Source of the DNA: Pristiophorus japonicus
Lineage: Eukaryota
NCBI RefSeq assembly: GCF_044704955.1
Contig: NC_091990.1
Coordinates: 177,630,001 to 177,694,000 of the forward strand
DNA length: 64,000 nt
Reading direction: 5' to 3'
The first letter of the stretch is position 1. Each line of letters begins with the position of its first letter. A model generated the notes under the pieces. That model ran no database searches. It was given only the letters and a program-made list of their open reading frames with translations, and was not told the origin of the DNA. Shown piece after piece: positions 1 through 11,369 of the stretch. The position numbers and the translations under genes were made by a program.

Positions 1-1825
1 CTATAAATATGTGAAGAGAATAAGATTAGTAAAGACAAACGTAGGTCCCTTGCAGTCGGTTTCAGGTGAAATTATAATGGGGAACAAAGAATTGGCAGAC
101 CAATTGAACCAATACTTCGGTTCTGTCTTCACGAAGGAAGATACAAATAACCTTCCGAAGGTACTAAGGGACAGTGGGTCTAGTGAGAAGGAGGAACTGA
201 AGGATATCCTTATTAGGCGGGAAATTGTGTTAGGGAAATTGATGGGATTGAAGGCCAATAAATCCCCAGGGCTTGATATTCTACATCCCAGAGTATTTAA
301 GGAAGTGGCCCTAGAAATACTGGATGCATTGGTGATAATTTTCCAACAGTCTATCGACTCTGGATCAGTTCCTATGGACTGGAGGGTTGCTAATGTAACA
401 CCACTTTTTAAAAAAGGAGGGAGAAAGAAAACGGGTAATTATAGACCGGTTAGCCTGACATCAGTAGTGGGGAAAATGTTGGAATCGATCATGAAGGACG
501 AAATAGCAGCGCATTTGGAAAGCGGTGACAGGATCGGATCAAGTCAGCATAGATTTATGAAAGGGAAATCATGCTTGACGAATCTTCTGGAATTTTTTGA
601 GGCTGTAACTAGTAGAGTGGATAAGGGAGAACCAGTGAATGTGGTGTATTTGGACTTTCAGAAGGCTTTTGACAAGGTCCACACAAGAAATTGTTGTGCA
701 AAGTCAAAGCACATGGTATTGGGGGTAATGTACTGATGTGGATAGGGAACTGGTTGGCAGACAGGAAGCAGAGAGTCGGGATAAACGGGTCCTTTTCAGA
801 ATGGTAGGCAGTGACTAGTGGAGTGCCGCAGGGCTCAGTGCTGGGACCCCAGCTCTTAACAATATACATTAACGATTTGGATGAAGGAATAGGGTGTAAT
901 ATCTCCAAGTTTTAGATGACACTAAACTGGGTGGTGGTGTGAGCTGTGAGGAGGACGAAAAGAGGCTGCAGGGTGACTTGGACAGGTTAGGTGAGTGGGC
1001 AAATGCAGTATAATATGGATAAATGTGAGGTTATCCATTTTGGGGGCAAAAACACGAAGGCAGAATATTATCTGAATGGCGGCAGACTAGGAAAAGGGGA
1101 GGTGCAACGAGACTTGGGTGTCATGGTTCATCAGTCACTGAAAGTGGGCATGCAGGTACAGCAGGCGGTGAAGAAGGCAAATGGTATGTTGGCCTTCATA
1201 GCTAGGGGATTTGAATATAGAAGCAGGGAGGTCTTATTGCAGTTGTACAGGGCCTTGGTGAGGCCTCACCTGGAATATTGTGTTCAGTTTTGGTCTCCTA
1301 GTCTGAGGATTGATGTTCTTGCTATTGAGGAATGCAGCGAAGGTTCACCAGACTGATTCCTGGGATGGCTGGGCTGTCATATGAGGAGAGACTGGATCAA
1401 CTGGGTCTTTATTCACTGGAGTTTAGAAGGATGAGAGGGGATCTCATAGAAACATATAAGATTCTGACGGGGCTGGACAGGTTAGATGTGGGAAGAAAGT
1501 TCCCGATGTTGGGAAAGTCCAGAACCAGGGGACATAGTCTTAGGATAAGAGTAGGCCATTTAAGACTGAGATGAGGAGAAACTTCTTCACTCAGAGAGTT
1601 GTTAACCTGTGGAATTCCCTGCCGCAGAGTTGTTGATTCCAATTCACTGGATATATTCAAGAGGGAGTTAGATATGGCTCTTACGGTTAAGGGGATCATG
1701 GGGTATGGAGAGAAAGCAGGAAAGGGGTACTGAAGAAATGATCAGCCATGATCTTATTGAATGGCGGTGCAGGCTCGAAGGGCTGAATGGCCTACTCCTG
1801 CACCTATTTTTCTATGTTTCTATGT
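1..1825 (+). mobile_element. CR1-clade LINE, 3' part of ORF2 (RT) with frameshifts, plus 3' UTR; runs off the left edge
   Basis: ORF fragments contain [54 protein letters not shown] and RPHLEYCVQFW. The 3' end has the (TTTCTATG)n tandem tail typical of CR1 at 1809-1825. Confidence 0.95.
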
Positions 1826-2857
1826 CCCATCGCGGGACGCAGTGTTCCTTGAGATGGCGTGAATTGCCGATCCCCTTTCCATTGTCCTTGTTGCGGGCCC
1901 ACCCTAGAGCCTGTTGCTGCCTGGTCGGCTTCGAAATGCCCTTGCCTGCCTGCGGGGTCCCGAGCCGCATTCACCATGTTAAGTCCCTGGTCCGTCGTCA
2001 CGTTTGGACCAGGGCTGCAAGCGTAAATTAGCTTGGTCTCCTCTTCCTCTGCCATAAAGGTCTGAGCTATCAACACCGCCCCTTCTAAAGTCAAGTCCTT
2101 AGTCTTTATGAGCTTCCTGAAAATGCCGGCATGATTAATGCCCTCGATGAAAAAGTCCCTTAACATCTCCCCCCTGCAGGCATCAGAGAACTTACAGAGA
2201 CTGGCCAAGCGCCGCAGTTCTGCCACGAAGTCCGAGACATTTTGTCCCTCCCGACGTCGGTGAGAGTAGAACCGGTGCCGGGCCATGTGTACGCTACTCG
2301 CCAGCTTGAGATGCTCACTGATCAGCTGGCTGAGCTCTTCAAAGGACTTGTCCGCCGGCTTTTGGGGTGCGAGCAGGTCTTTCTTCAGCGCATACGTCTG
2401 TGGTCCGCAGCTGGTCAGTAGATGCGCCCTCTGCTTGTCAGCTGCTGTCTCTTCCAGCCAGTCCTTTGTGACAAAGCTCTGCTAGAGTCTTTCCATGAAG
2501 TCGTCCCAGTCCTCGCCCACACAGTAACGTTCCTCTGTGCCACTGGTGGCCATCCTCGTGGTTCAGTGATTCCCATTTCTCGTCGCCAAATGTACTGTCC
2601 CTGCACCTTACTACAAACTCACACGAGGCATGTCTATATCAGACACGGTCACTTTGTGACCTTCACCTTTATTCCCAGGACCAAGGAGTGCTGACCATGG
2701 GTGGGACCTCCCCTTTTATACCTGGAAACCCAGGTGAGGAGTGTCTCCCGCAAGTTCACCCCCTGTGGTCAGGGTATGTATTTCTAGGGTACAGGTACAG
2801 TATGCATGAGTTCCAGTTACATGACTATGTCATTGCAAGACGGTTAAATACATGACA
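1826..2857 (-). mobile_element. Ty3/Gypsy LTR retrotransposon, 5' fragment (5' LTR 2591-2857, PBS, gag N-terminus), cut at 1826 by the CR1
   Basis: Minus strand reads TGTCATG...ACA followed by PBS TGGCGACGAG. The gag text (RFYSHRRREGQNV..FVAELRRLASLCKF...MLRDFFIEGI) is homologous to the elements at 44014 and 52583. Confidence 0.9.
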
Positions 2858-3490
2858 AAGGGAATATTCATTAAATTGTAGGACACTGAGAAGTGTAGAG
2901 GACAAGAGGGACCTTGGACTGCATGGCCACAGATCTCCGAAGGTAGCAGGTAGATAAGGTGGTTAAGAAGGCATATGGGATATTTGCCTTTATTAGCTGA
3001 GGCATAGAATACAAGAGCAGGGAGGTTATGCTTGAACTGTATAAAACACTAGTTAGGCCACAGCTAGAGTACTGCTTGCAGTTCTGGTCACCACATTACA
3101 GGAAAGATGTGATTGCAATGGAGAGCGTACAGAGGAGATTTACGAGGATGTTGCCTGAACTAAAGAATTTTAGCTAGGAGGAAAGATTGGATAGGCTGGG
3201 GTTGTTTTGTTTGAAATAGAGGAGGCTGAGGGAAGACCTAATTAAGGTGTATAAAATTATGAGGGGCCTTTGCAGAGTGGTCAATAACCAGGGGGCATAG
3301 ATTTAAAGTAAGTAGTAGGAGGTTTAGAGGAGATGTGAGGAGAATTTTTTTCACCCAGAGGGTGGTGGGAGTCTGGAATTCACTGCCTGAAAGGTTGGTA
3401 GAGGCAGAACCCCTCATAGCATTTAACAAGTACTTGGATATGGACTTGAAGTGGCTTAACCTACAAGGCTATAAACCAAGAGCTGAAGCT
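2858..3490 (+). mobile_element. Older degraded CR1 LINE 3' fragment
   Basis: RPQLEYCLQFW-like and FFTQRVVGVWNSLP motifs with stops. Confidence 0.85.
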
Positions 3491-4569
3491 AAAGAACCAA
3501 TTCTGTTGCTGGCTGAATTTTGTGAAGACTGACGAGCATTGTATTGAAACGTGAAGTCACGTCTCTAATCCCCTCCTTCCACGGGCAGATGAAGTAAAGT
3601 TTACTTCCTCATGCACTGTTATCCTAAGGCCGGATAAAGTACACCAACAAAAAAATTAACACCGCTGAAGAATCATTGTTGGGCCTTATCCTACCCAGTA
3701 ACTAACTCGTGAGTGGTTCCATGTAACAGTTCTGGCCGTGGGATAAAAATAGCTTTGATAAAACGAGCAGCCAAGTTCAGAGTTTTTCGAGGGGCTGTGT
3801 TGGGGGCGGGGAGAATGTACTCGGTCACAAATGAGAGAAATAACACGCATGATGCTGCAGCGAAAGTATCCGCCTTGAAAGCTCTAATAACAGGGGGCAG
3901 GGCAGGAGCGGCCGGCGCTGGGAGTAAGAACAAAACTCCCCGTCCTGCCACCTCCATGTTGCAATTAAATAACTGAAATCATCCCTTCCCACAATCTGTT
4001 ACCTGAGGCTGAAAATAAGAGGTTGACAGCACTCAACGTTAGGAGCGCCTTCGCGGCGTAAAATCCAGCAACAGGCGTCATTTCTGCCGAGTCATACGGA
4101 AGATCTTCAGTCAGATCCGAGCCCTTTCGCTCTGATTGCTTGAACCAGGGCTGGCAAAGTGTCGGTGAGCGGAGCGCCCGGCATCTCCCGGTCACAGATA
4201 TCTCTGGTAACCAGCTCGCTTCCACTCACCCCCCGGGAATAAAGGTGCCCGCTGCCGCTGGACACTCATCCGCCTTAAATAAAAAGCACGGCGTTCTTCT
4301 TACAGTGAGCTCACTGGCCGTGTGACCGCCCCCTTCCCGAAATAAATCTGGGACTGAAACTGCTTTTAGCCGTAACAAAGTGCTCATCCATTTTGCCCTC
4401 TGGGAATACTTTGGTTTAATGCCCATCTCCAGCCCCAGTGCTTTCTTCAGCTTACTAAACACAGATTCAAGGCCTCGAGTTGATGACAACCTACCTTTTA
4501 TTACAGTAATGGTTATTATTAAGGTGGCAATAAGGCAGCAAAATGACTTGACAGCAGGCAAAGGGGTGC

Positions 4570-4947
4570 CTGCAAATCCCCTGGGAGGACAGACACACCA
4601 ACATCAGTGTCCTTGCCCAGGCTAACATCCCCAGCATTGAAGCACTGACCACACTCGATCAGCTTAACTGGGCAGGCCACTTAGTTCGCATGCCAGATAG
4701 GAGACTCCCTAAGCAATTGCTCTACGCAGAACTCCTTCATGGCAAACGAGCCAAAGGTGGGCAGCGGAAACGTTATAAGGGCACCCTCAAAGCCTCCCTG
4801 GTGAAGTGTGACATCACCACTGACGCCTGGGAGACCCTGGCCGAAGACTGCCTGAGGTGGAGAAAGTGCATCCGGGAGGGCGTTGAGCTCTTCGAATCTC
4901 AACGCTGTGAGCATGAAGAGGTCAGGCGCAGGCAGTGGAAGGAGCAT
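4570..4947 (+). mobile_element. RTE-clade LINE fragment (5' half, split by the ERV)
   Basis: MPDRRLPKQLLYAELLHGKRAKGGQRKRYK is a typical RTE ORF C-terminus. The sequence resumes at 13231 and matches the uninterrupted copy at 22417-23075. Confidence 0.92.
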
Positions 4948-5409
4948 TGTCGAGGAAATATTTAGCTTAAATTAACTCAGGCGGAGACTTTCAGAACTGC
5001 ACTTCGAGAGAATTTATTTTAAAAAGCAAGATATATCTCGGAGAGCCTGCTTGGACCTTACCAAGGCAAAACTCTGTCGTACAAGCAAATTGCACTTATC
5101 TTTATACAGAAATTGAATACAGAAATAGAAAAGAATCTTATTCATTAGTCCCGCGAGTACAAAGGTCGTCTCGGGAGGTGCACACTCTATCTGTCCTTGC
5201 ATAGTTTTTCTCTGTTCACAGTCTGTTAAGCAGAATCAAAAGGAGACTCCCTTTTAATACCAGATGGTCATTTAATTGCACCTCTAAGTTTCAAGGCTAA
5301 AAAGCGTGGCTATTTTTCTAGTCTTATTATTTCTTTAAGCATAGCAAAAAACAGAATTTAACCCTTCCCTCTAAATTAAGCCAGGTGTTCATAGTTTCTC
5401 TCTTCCACA
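4948..5409 (-). repeat. ERV 3' LTR (462 bp)
   Basis: Direct repeat of 12769-13230. Minus strand starts TGTGGAAG and ends CGACA, with TATTAAAA at 5252-5259 and AATAAA at 5013-5018. Confidence 0.97.
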
Positions 5410-5420
5410 ATTCCCTCCTT
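5410..5420 (-). promoter_or_regulatory. Polypurine tract (PPT)
   Basis: Minus-strand AAGGAGGGAAT immediately precedes the 3' LTR. Confidence 0.85.
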
Positions 5421-5455
5421 GTTGATCTTTTTATTTTTTAGATCAACACAATTTC

Positions 5456-7530
5456 CTATATTCTCTTCTTGAGCAAAAGGGGGTGTATACCTTCAGGATA
5501 GGGTCGCATTTTGAGATAATCGTCTTCATCAACCTTTTCCTCTAAGCGACTTAACCTTCCTTTCATGCATACACCTTTTCTTTTTATTTCGGAGAGCAGG
5601 CCTATTACTTGACTAATTAAATTTTTTAGTTTTATCCACATTCTGCAAAGGATTATTAATAATACAAGCATAACCACACCTACGATTACTATGGGGTGTA
5701 TAGCGAGCTTCAGTACTGCTGTAGCTTTTGGGGACCATCCGGTAAACATATCCCACCAGTGGTGTACTGTCAAAGAGGTAACTTCATCTGCGATTCTCAC
5801 TAGCTGCCCCTTCTTGTAACTCATTTTGACTCTAAATTGGTGGATGTCTCTGCCTTGCTTTGACAGAGCTTCCTCAATTTTCTTGTCATTACGTATCAAA
5901 TTGTGCAGTCTGGTCAGATTAATTACAGGGGGTAAGGGTTCAATCTTGTGCATAGACAGATCATTTTCTACATTTTGCCACTGCCCAAAGGTATAAGTTC
6001 TTTTTATTTCAGGGTCATACAGGGTGTAGACTCTTCTCACGCATTTATTAATGGGGGGTTTATACAAAATTCCATCCAGATAGACAGGTTTATTTCCTGT
6101 CACACAGATCTCATTCTGTCCTATTTCCGTTATCTCAGTGTCATTTGTTAGCTTTAATTCCCATTTACATACTCCAATGGAGTGCTGCACTGAGCATGGT
6201 TCGTATATGGCGGTCTGATAGGGACATACCATTCCGAATGGCCACCTAGCACATCCCCTCTGGTGATGTGTCATATTCTTCTCATCCACCCAATCTCCTT
6301 TAAATTCTGGGTACCAGAAGTTCTGTCCAAACAGCTGGGGCATTACTTGGAACTGACACCAAATTTCTTTTCGTGTCATACTTACTATCTCTCCAGTAAC
6401 GTTACATCCTTTTGAATTACAACTGGTATATCTTTTTTTGAGGGTTAATGGTTAAATTAAGAAGCTTATCTCTTTTGTTAATTTCCAGCAACCTTTGCCA
6501 TGTGTTAGCATGGAAGGATAATATTTTCCTTTCTAACTTGGCTCTTAATAGCTGTCTGATCATTTCTTTAAACAGGCAATGGGTGTACTTGTTTATTCCC
6601 TGTTGTTCTTTCATTAGGTTCTCTATTTCCTTCTCTATCCCTTCATTCTGTTCCCAGGTCATTTCATTTAGGACGTAACCTGATATCTGTAATTGTTGTA
6701 ATCCTTCATCCCAGACATTCTGATCTTTATATCTTCCCCTACCAGTCCTCCGACGGCCTGGATTTTATTTTGTAGGGTCTCGATATCCATGGAGTTCAAT
6801 GCTCCTATTCCTGCTCCCACTCCACCTAACACAGTCTCTAATACATCCCGTTTCTTTCTTTGGGGGCTTTCTTTTTCAAAAGATACCTTAACACTGGTTG
6901 TGTGGCAAGCATCTTCTTTCTTTGGGGGATATTTAATTCGTATTGTTAGATTTAATACACCTGGGGATCTTACCACTGGGATGCAAGTGGTCAGTATCCT
7001 TTTTAGATGTCCCGGGTCCCGGTCTTCTGGGTGGCCGGATTCTTTTACTGACCATTTTACCACGAATGGGTCTCCTCCATTCACCGGGGTGTTATTCATG
7101 CACAACATCCGCTGCCCTTCTACCATACTTGTAAATGAATAACGGAGGAAGTCTTTTCTCTCGTCCGGCCCTCCTATGTACCCCCATCTCTTGTTTTTCC
7201 CTGTGCTCAGGGTACACTTCATCCACACATCGGCCTGGTATTCTATGAACAACTGATACCCTTTCCCCAATATAAACTGGAATTCCCCTCTTTCTTCCTT
7301 CATTCCACACGCCTCACATCGTGCCGTAAAATTCCCTACTTTACAACTTTGGCCTGCTGGGCATATAAAATTGCCTTGCTGCCTGCACTATTACTTCTTT
7401 CCCATACCATATTTCCCTTCCATACTCTTCCTTCTTTTAGGACTTCTTCCTCCTGTCGGGAGTTCCCTGTTGCTAAAATGATCAGTATACCTAACGTCCA
7501 TTTATAATTTTTCCAAGAGTCCCTTCCCAT
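5456..7530 (-). pseudogene. env: ERV envelope glycoprotein (premature stop at 7336-7338 and two frameshifts)
   Basis: Signal peptide MGRDSWKNYKWTLGILIILATG, furin site RKKR (6848-6859), fusion peptide DVLETVLGGVGAGIGALNS, Cys-rich ectodomain, HHWWDMFTGWSP membrane-proximal motif, TM anchor IVIVGVVMLVLLIIL, and a tail with YLKM. Confidence 0.9.
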
Positions 7531-7657
7531 CTTCCCTTTCTTGTTTGTTTCTATACCACTCTTGAAATAAGTCGTTACAATAATAACACGTCCACACGAT
7601 AGTAACAGTGATCCAAATAATAAAGGCCCAAACTGGCACACAAATGAGCTCTGACAT
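7502..7657 (-). CDS. Putative 51-aa single-pass membrane accessory protein overlapping the env start
   Basis: Open ATG ORF MSELICVPVWAFIIWITVTIVWTCYYCNDLFQEWYRNKQEREDGKGLLEKL lies between the pol stop (7746) and the env ATG (7530). It has a hydrophobic N-terminus and a charged tail. Confidence 0.5.
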   Translation of the reverse strand: MSELICVPVWAFIIWITVTIVWTCYYCNDLFQEWYRNKQEREDGKGLLEKL

Positions 7658-7745
7658 TCGTCCGTGAATTTTGGGCAATATTTTCAAGTCCAAATATTTA
7701 ATACAAGAGCAGGTACAGTTCTTCAGTGAGAAGATGGTTGTTTTC

Positions 7746-10700
7746 TTAGTCGGGCGACCGTAGTACGTCCTGGTTCAATGCCTTTTCCTTCGGCTGTAAT
7801 TCGTCGGGGAAATAATATTTACAGCGGGTCGCATGCACCCAGTTCGGGTGCTTTTCCAACTTCAAAGCGGTTCGTGTTGTGAGAATTATCTGATACGGTC
7901 CTTTTCACCTAGGAGAAAAAGATTCTTTATTTAATGTTTTTACTAACACTTGATCTCCAGGCCTGAAAGGGTGCATATTTCCTTCCGACGGGGCACCTGT
8001 GTCTGCTTTATTTGTTCATGCAGACTCCTTGCTATTTCACACATGGCCTGAGCATACTTTAGTGATTTTTCATCATTCCAAATTAATGCTATTTTTTCAT
8101 CTGTCAGTGGTGGTTTTACGCCAGTAGGCATTGGTCTTCCCAATAAGGCGTCATGTGGTGTCAAATCATTGTTTCGGTTTTTCTGGTTTCTTATTGTATA
8201 CAATACTAATGGTAAGGCTTCTGGCCACTTCAGTCCAGTCTCCTGACATACCTTGGTAAGGGTAGATTTTATTATCCCATTTACTCTTTCTACCATTCCC
8301 GAGGACTGTGGCTGATATGGTATATGTAACTTCCACTGGAACTCTAACGCTTCTGCAAGGTTTTGCACTATTTTTCCGGTGAAGTGTGTTCCCCTGTCAC
8401 TGTTGATTCCCATCGGTATCCCATATCTTGGTACTATTTCTTTAAATAGAATTTTTACTACTGTTCGGGCATCGTCTTTCCTACTGGCGTACGCTTCTAC
8501 CCACCTTGTGAACATATCTACTATGACTAATAGATACTTAAGACCTGATACTGGAGGCATGTGGACAAAGTCAATTTGCAAATTTTCAAAGGGCATACTT
8601 GGTTGGGGTAGATGATCATATCCAGCAGGTGTTTTACCTCTGTTATTTTGCTGACAAATTTGGCATGTCCTAGCAACTTTCTCAATTACTACTGTTATTC
8701 CTGGTGCATACCATTGTGCATTAATAGCATGTATCATCCCTCCTTTGCCCATGTGAGCCTGACCGTGTGCTAGGCGAGACAGGGGCAAAAATAGAGATTT
8801 AGGGCAAACAGTTCGCCCATCAGGGTGATACCAAATGTCGTTTTTTAGAAAACAACCCTGGTTTTCCCAAGTTCTTCCTTCCTGCATGTTAACTTGTTGT
8901 TGGGCTGTTTTAAGTAGTTGGATGTCAAGTACCTGTGGAGGGGAGACTGAGACTGCTTGAAGGCAGTCTGCCTGTGCCGAAGCGGCCTGTTTGGCTGCTT
9001 TGTCAGCCCTCCTATTTCCTACTGATACTTCATCCTCACCGGTTGTGTGAGCTGCACATTTGATAACGGCTACCTTACTTGGCAACTGAATGGCGTCTAA
9101 TAGATTAAGCACCAGTTGAGAGTGCTTAATATGCTTTCCACCAGAGGTGATAAAGCCTCTGTTTTTCCACAGTTGTCCAAAATCATGGACCACACTGAAT
9201 GTATATCTGGAATCAGTATAGATATTAGCAGTTTGATCTTTAGCTATTATACAAGCTCTAGTGAGGGCAAACAATTCAGCAGCCTGAGCCGAGGTTCCGG
9301 GAGGCAGGGCGAATGATTCAACAGTTTCGTGGGGATTTACAATAGCATAGCCTGCCAAAAACAAATCATCCGACGGTCTATGTGATGATCCATCCGGATA
9401 GAGAATAAGATCAGGATTGTCCATGGGCTCTGTGAGCAAATCTGGTCTTGGTAAGGTGGCTACTTCCACCGTTAACAGACAATCATGCTGGCCTGGATCC
9501 TCTACTTCTTTAGTAGGAAGAAAGGTGGCTGGGTTCACTACCGGTGCACATCGAAAGGTATAGTTAGGGTGTGACAGCAGTAATACTTCATGACCTGTTC
9601 TTCGATACGCTGTAAAGTGTTGTGTGGCAGCTGAATTCAAAAGTAATAACACAGCATGGGCTGTAATGACAGTACATGGATGATCCAAAACAATAGATAC
9701 CGACTTCTCCACCATGACCGCAGTAGCAGCTACAGCACGTAGACATGCTGGCATTCCCCTTACTACTGGAGGCAGCAAAACCGAATAATAAGCAACTGGT
9801 CTATCTCCCCCACCATGTTCTTGGGTTAGTACTGCTGTTGCAAATACTGCGGGGCTTTCGGTGTATCCTTGGGGCAGCCTGGTCCATGTGTACTGCTGCT
9901 TCTTGTGGGTCAAAACAAACAGATACTGACTTTCTTGATTTAACGGGATAGAGTAAAAAGCTGAACACATGTCTATTACAGTAAAGACAGTTGCTGTTGG
10001 TGGTATAGCAGATAGTATAATGTTGGTGTCCGGTACCACAGGGGTGATAGGACTACTATCTTATTAATAGCTCTCAAATCTTGCACAAATCTCCATTCAT
10101 TCGGCCTATTAACCTTTGGTATGGGCAGTATCGGAGTGTTACACGGGCTCTGTGTCTTTTCTGAAACTCCTTGTTCCAACAATGCAGAAATTACTGGCTC
10201 TATCCCATTTTCTGCCTCTGGAGGCAGTCTGTACTGCCTAATGCTTGGTAACACGGCGTTCTTTATCAATTGTACCCGATGGGGTACTGCAGAGTGTACT
10301 TGCCCAACATGATTCTTATGCTTTGCCCAAAGTTCATGAGATACTTGATTCAATGCCAGTGGCAGCTTAGGGCTTGGTTGTTCCGGGGGTTGCTGTTTTT
10401 CAAAAGTGGAGGCATGATTTTTACCTTTCCACTGGAGAATCCCCCTGTTGTGGGTGATAAAGTCTATCTGAACATTTTGCAGTTTTATTACTGCCCAAGG
10501 TTGCTGTTTTTCTCTTTCTATTCCTACAATCATCAGACCCATATCTTTAGGTTTCGCTGGCGGTTTTACAGCCAAGGTCAGATGGGGTGTCGAGTTCGCT
10601 TCTCTAAACCGCTGCTGCTGTAAGGGTGTCAAATCCATGGGTACCCCCAATCCTTCTGGTCCAAAATAAATGCGGGGCGTAGCTTCTACTATTTCTTCTC

Positions 10701-11343
10701 TATTTAAAAAGGATTGTACCAAACACTGGTAAGTTTCAGCTTTTTGGCGAGTGTACCAGGCTGTACAGTGAAGCTGAACTGCCTCAAAGCTTGTCAAAAT
10801 TATATCCATCAATTCTTCAGTATTAGAGTCAAATTTAGCTTTTAAGTTTTGTATAACTTCATGTATCAAGGGGGAATAGTAGTTGCCAATCAATTGCCAA
10901 CAATAGAGGGCAGCCTTTTCTTTGTTATCCTCCCTTTTCTCTTTTTTAATCCCATTAAAGAACTGATGAATATTATTTGGAGGGAGCTCCATGTACATTC
11001 CTTCCTTTGTGCAATACATTGTGGCTCCTAGTTTGCACAAAGTCTGTCTTCCCAATAAAGGGAGCGGTGTTGTTTTAGAGACTATCAAAGTCTCATCATT
11101 AACTGATTGTCCTTCAATTATCAATTTGGTAGGTTCAGATAAAAATTCTTTCATGGGGATACCGGCCACACCCATACTTAAGACGGTGGTGTTGCTTACA
11201 GATAATCCCACAGAGGATGGTACAGAAGACATAGTAGCACCGGTATCCACCAGGAACTTTACATAAGTGTCTCCTACTTTTACTACTGCCAGAGGGTTTT
11301 CTTCTATGTCTGCCGATAAGCGGAGGGCTGGCGCCTGTAACAC
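7746..11343 (-). pseudogene. pol: ERV pol: protease, 2H-phosphoesterase-like insert, RT (YxDD region deleted), RNase H, integrase; frameshifts near 10035 and 7970
   Basis: FLVDTGA and LLGRQ (protease); WRFVQDLRAIN, VIDMCSAF and TWTRLPQGY (RT); YPDGSS, SAQAAEL and YTDSRY (RNase H); HGQAH...CQIC, LQIDF, SDRG and MVERVN (integrase); GPYQIIL in the terminal frame. Confidence 0.93.
10399..10911 (-). other. 2H-phosphoesterase (CNPase-like) domain embedded in pol between protease and RT
   Basis: In-frame ~170-aa insert with LHCTA (His codon 10768-10770) and PHLTLA (His codon 10582-10584), 62 aa apart, followed by P.KDMGL. Boundaries are approximate. Confidence 0.8.
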
Positions 11344-11369
11344 TAAGCCTCCTCGGCATCCCTCTGCTG

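Noticed and set aside
5014-5202. 62-aa ORF duplicated at 12835-13023 as a gene
   Set aside because: The duplication is simply the LTR, and there is no recognisable domain; kept only as a remark on LTR architecture.
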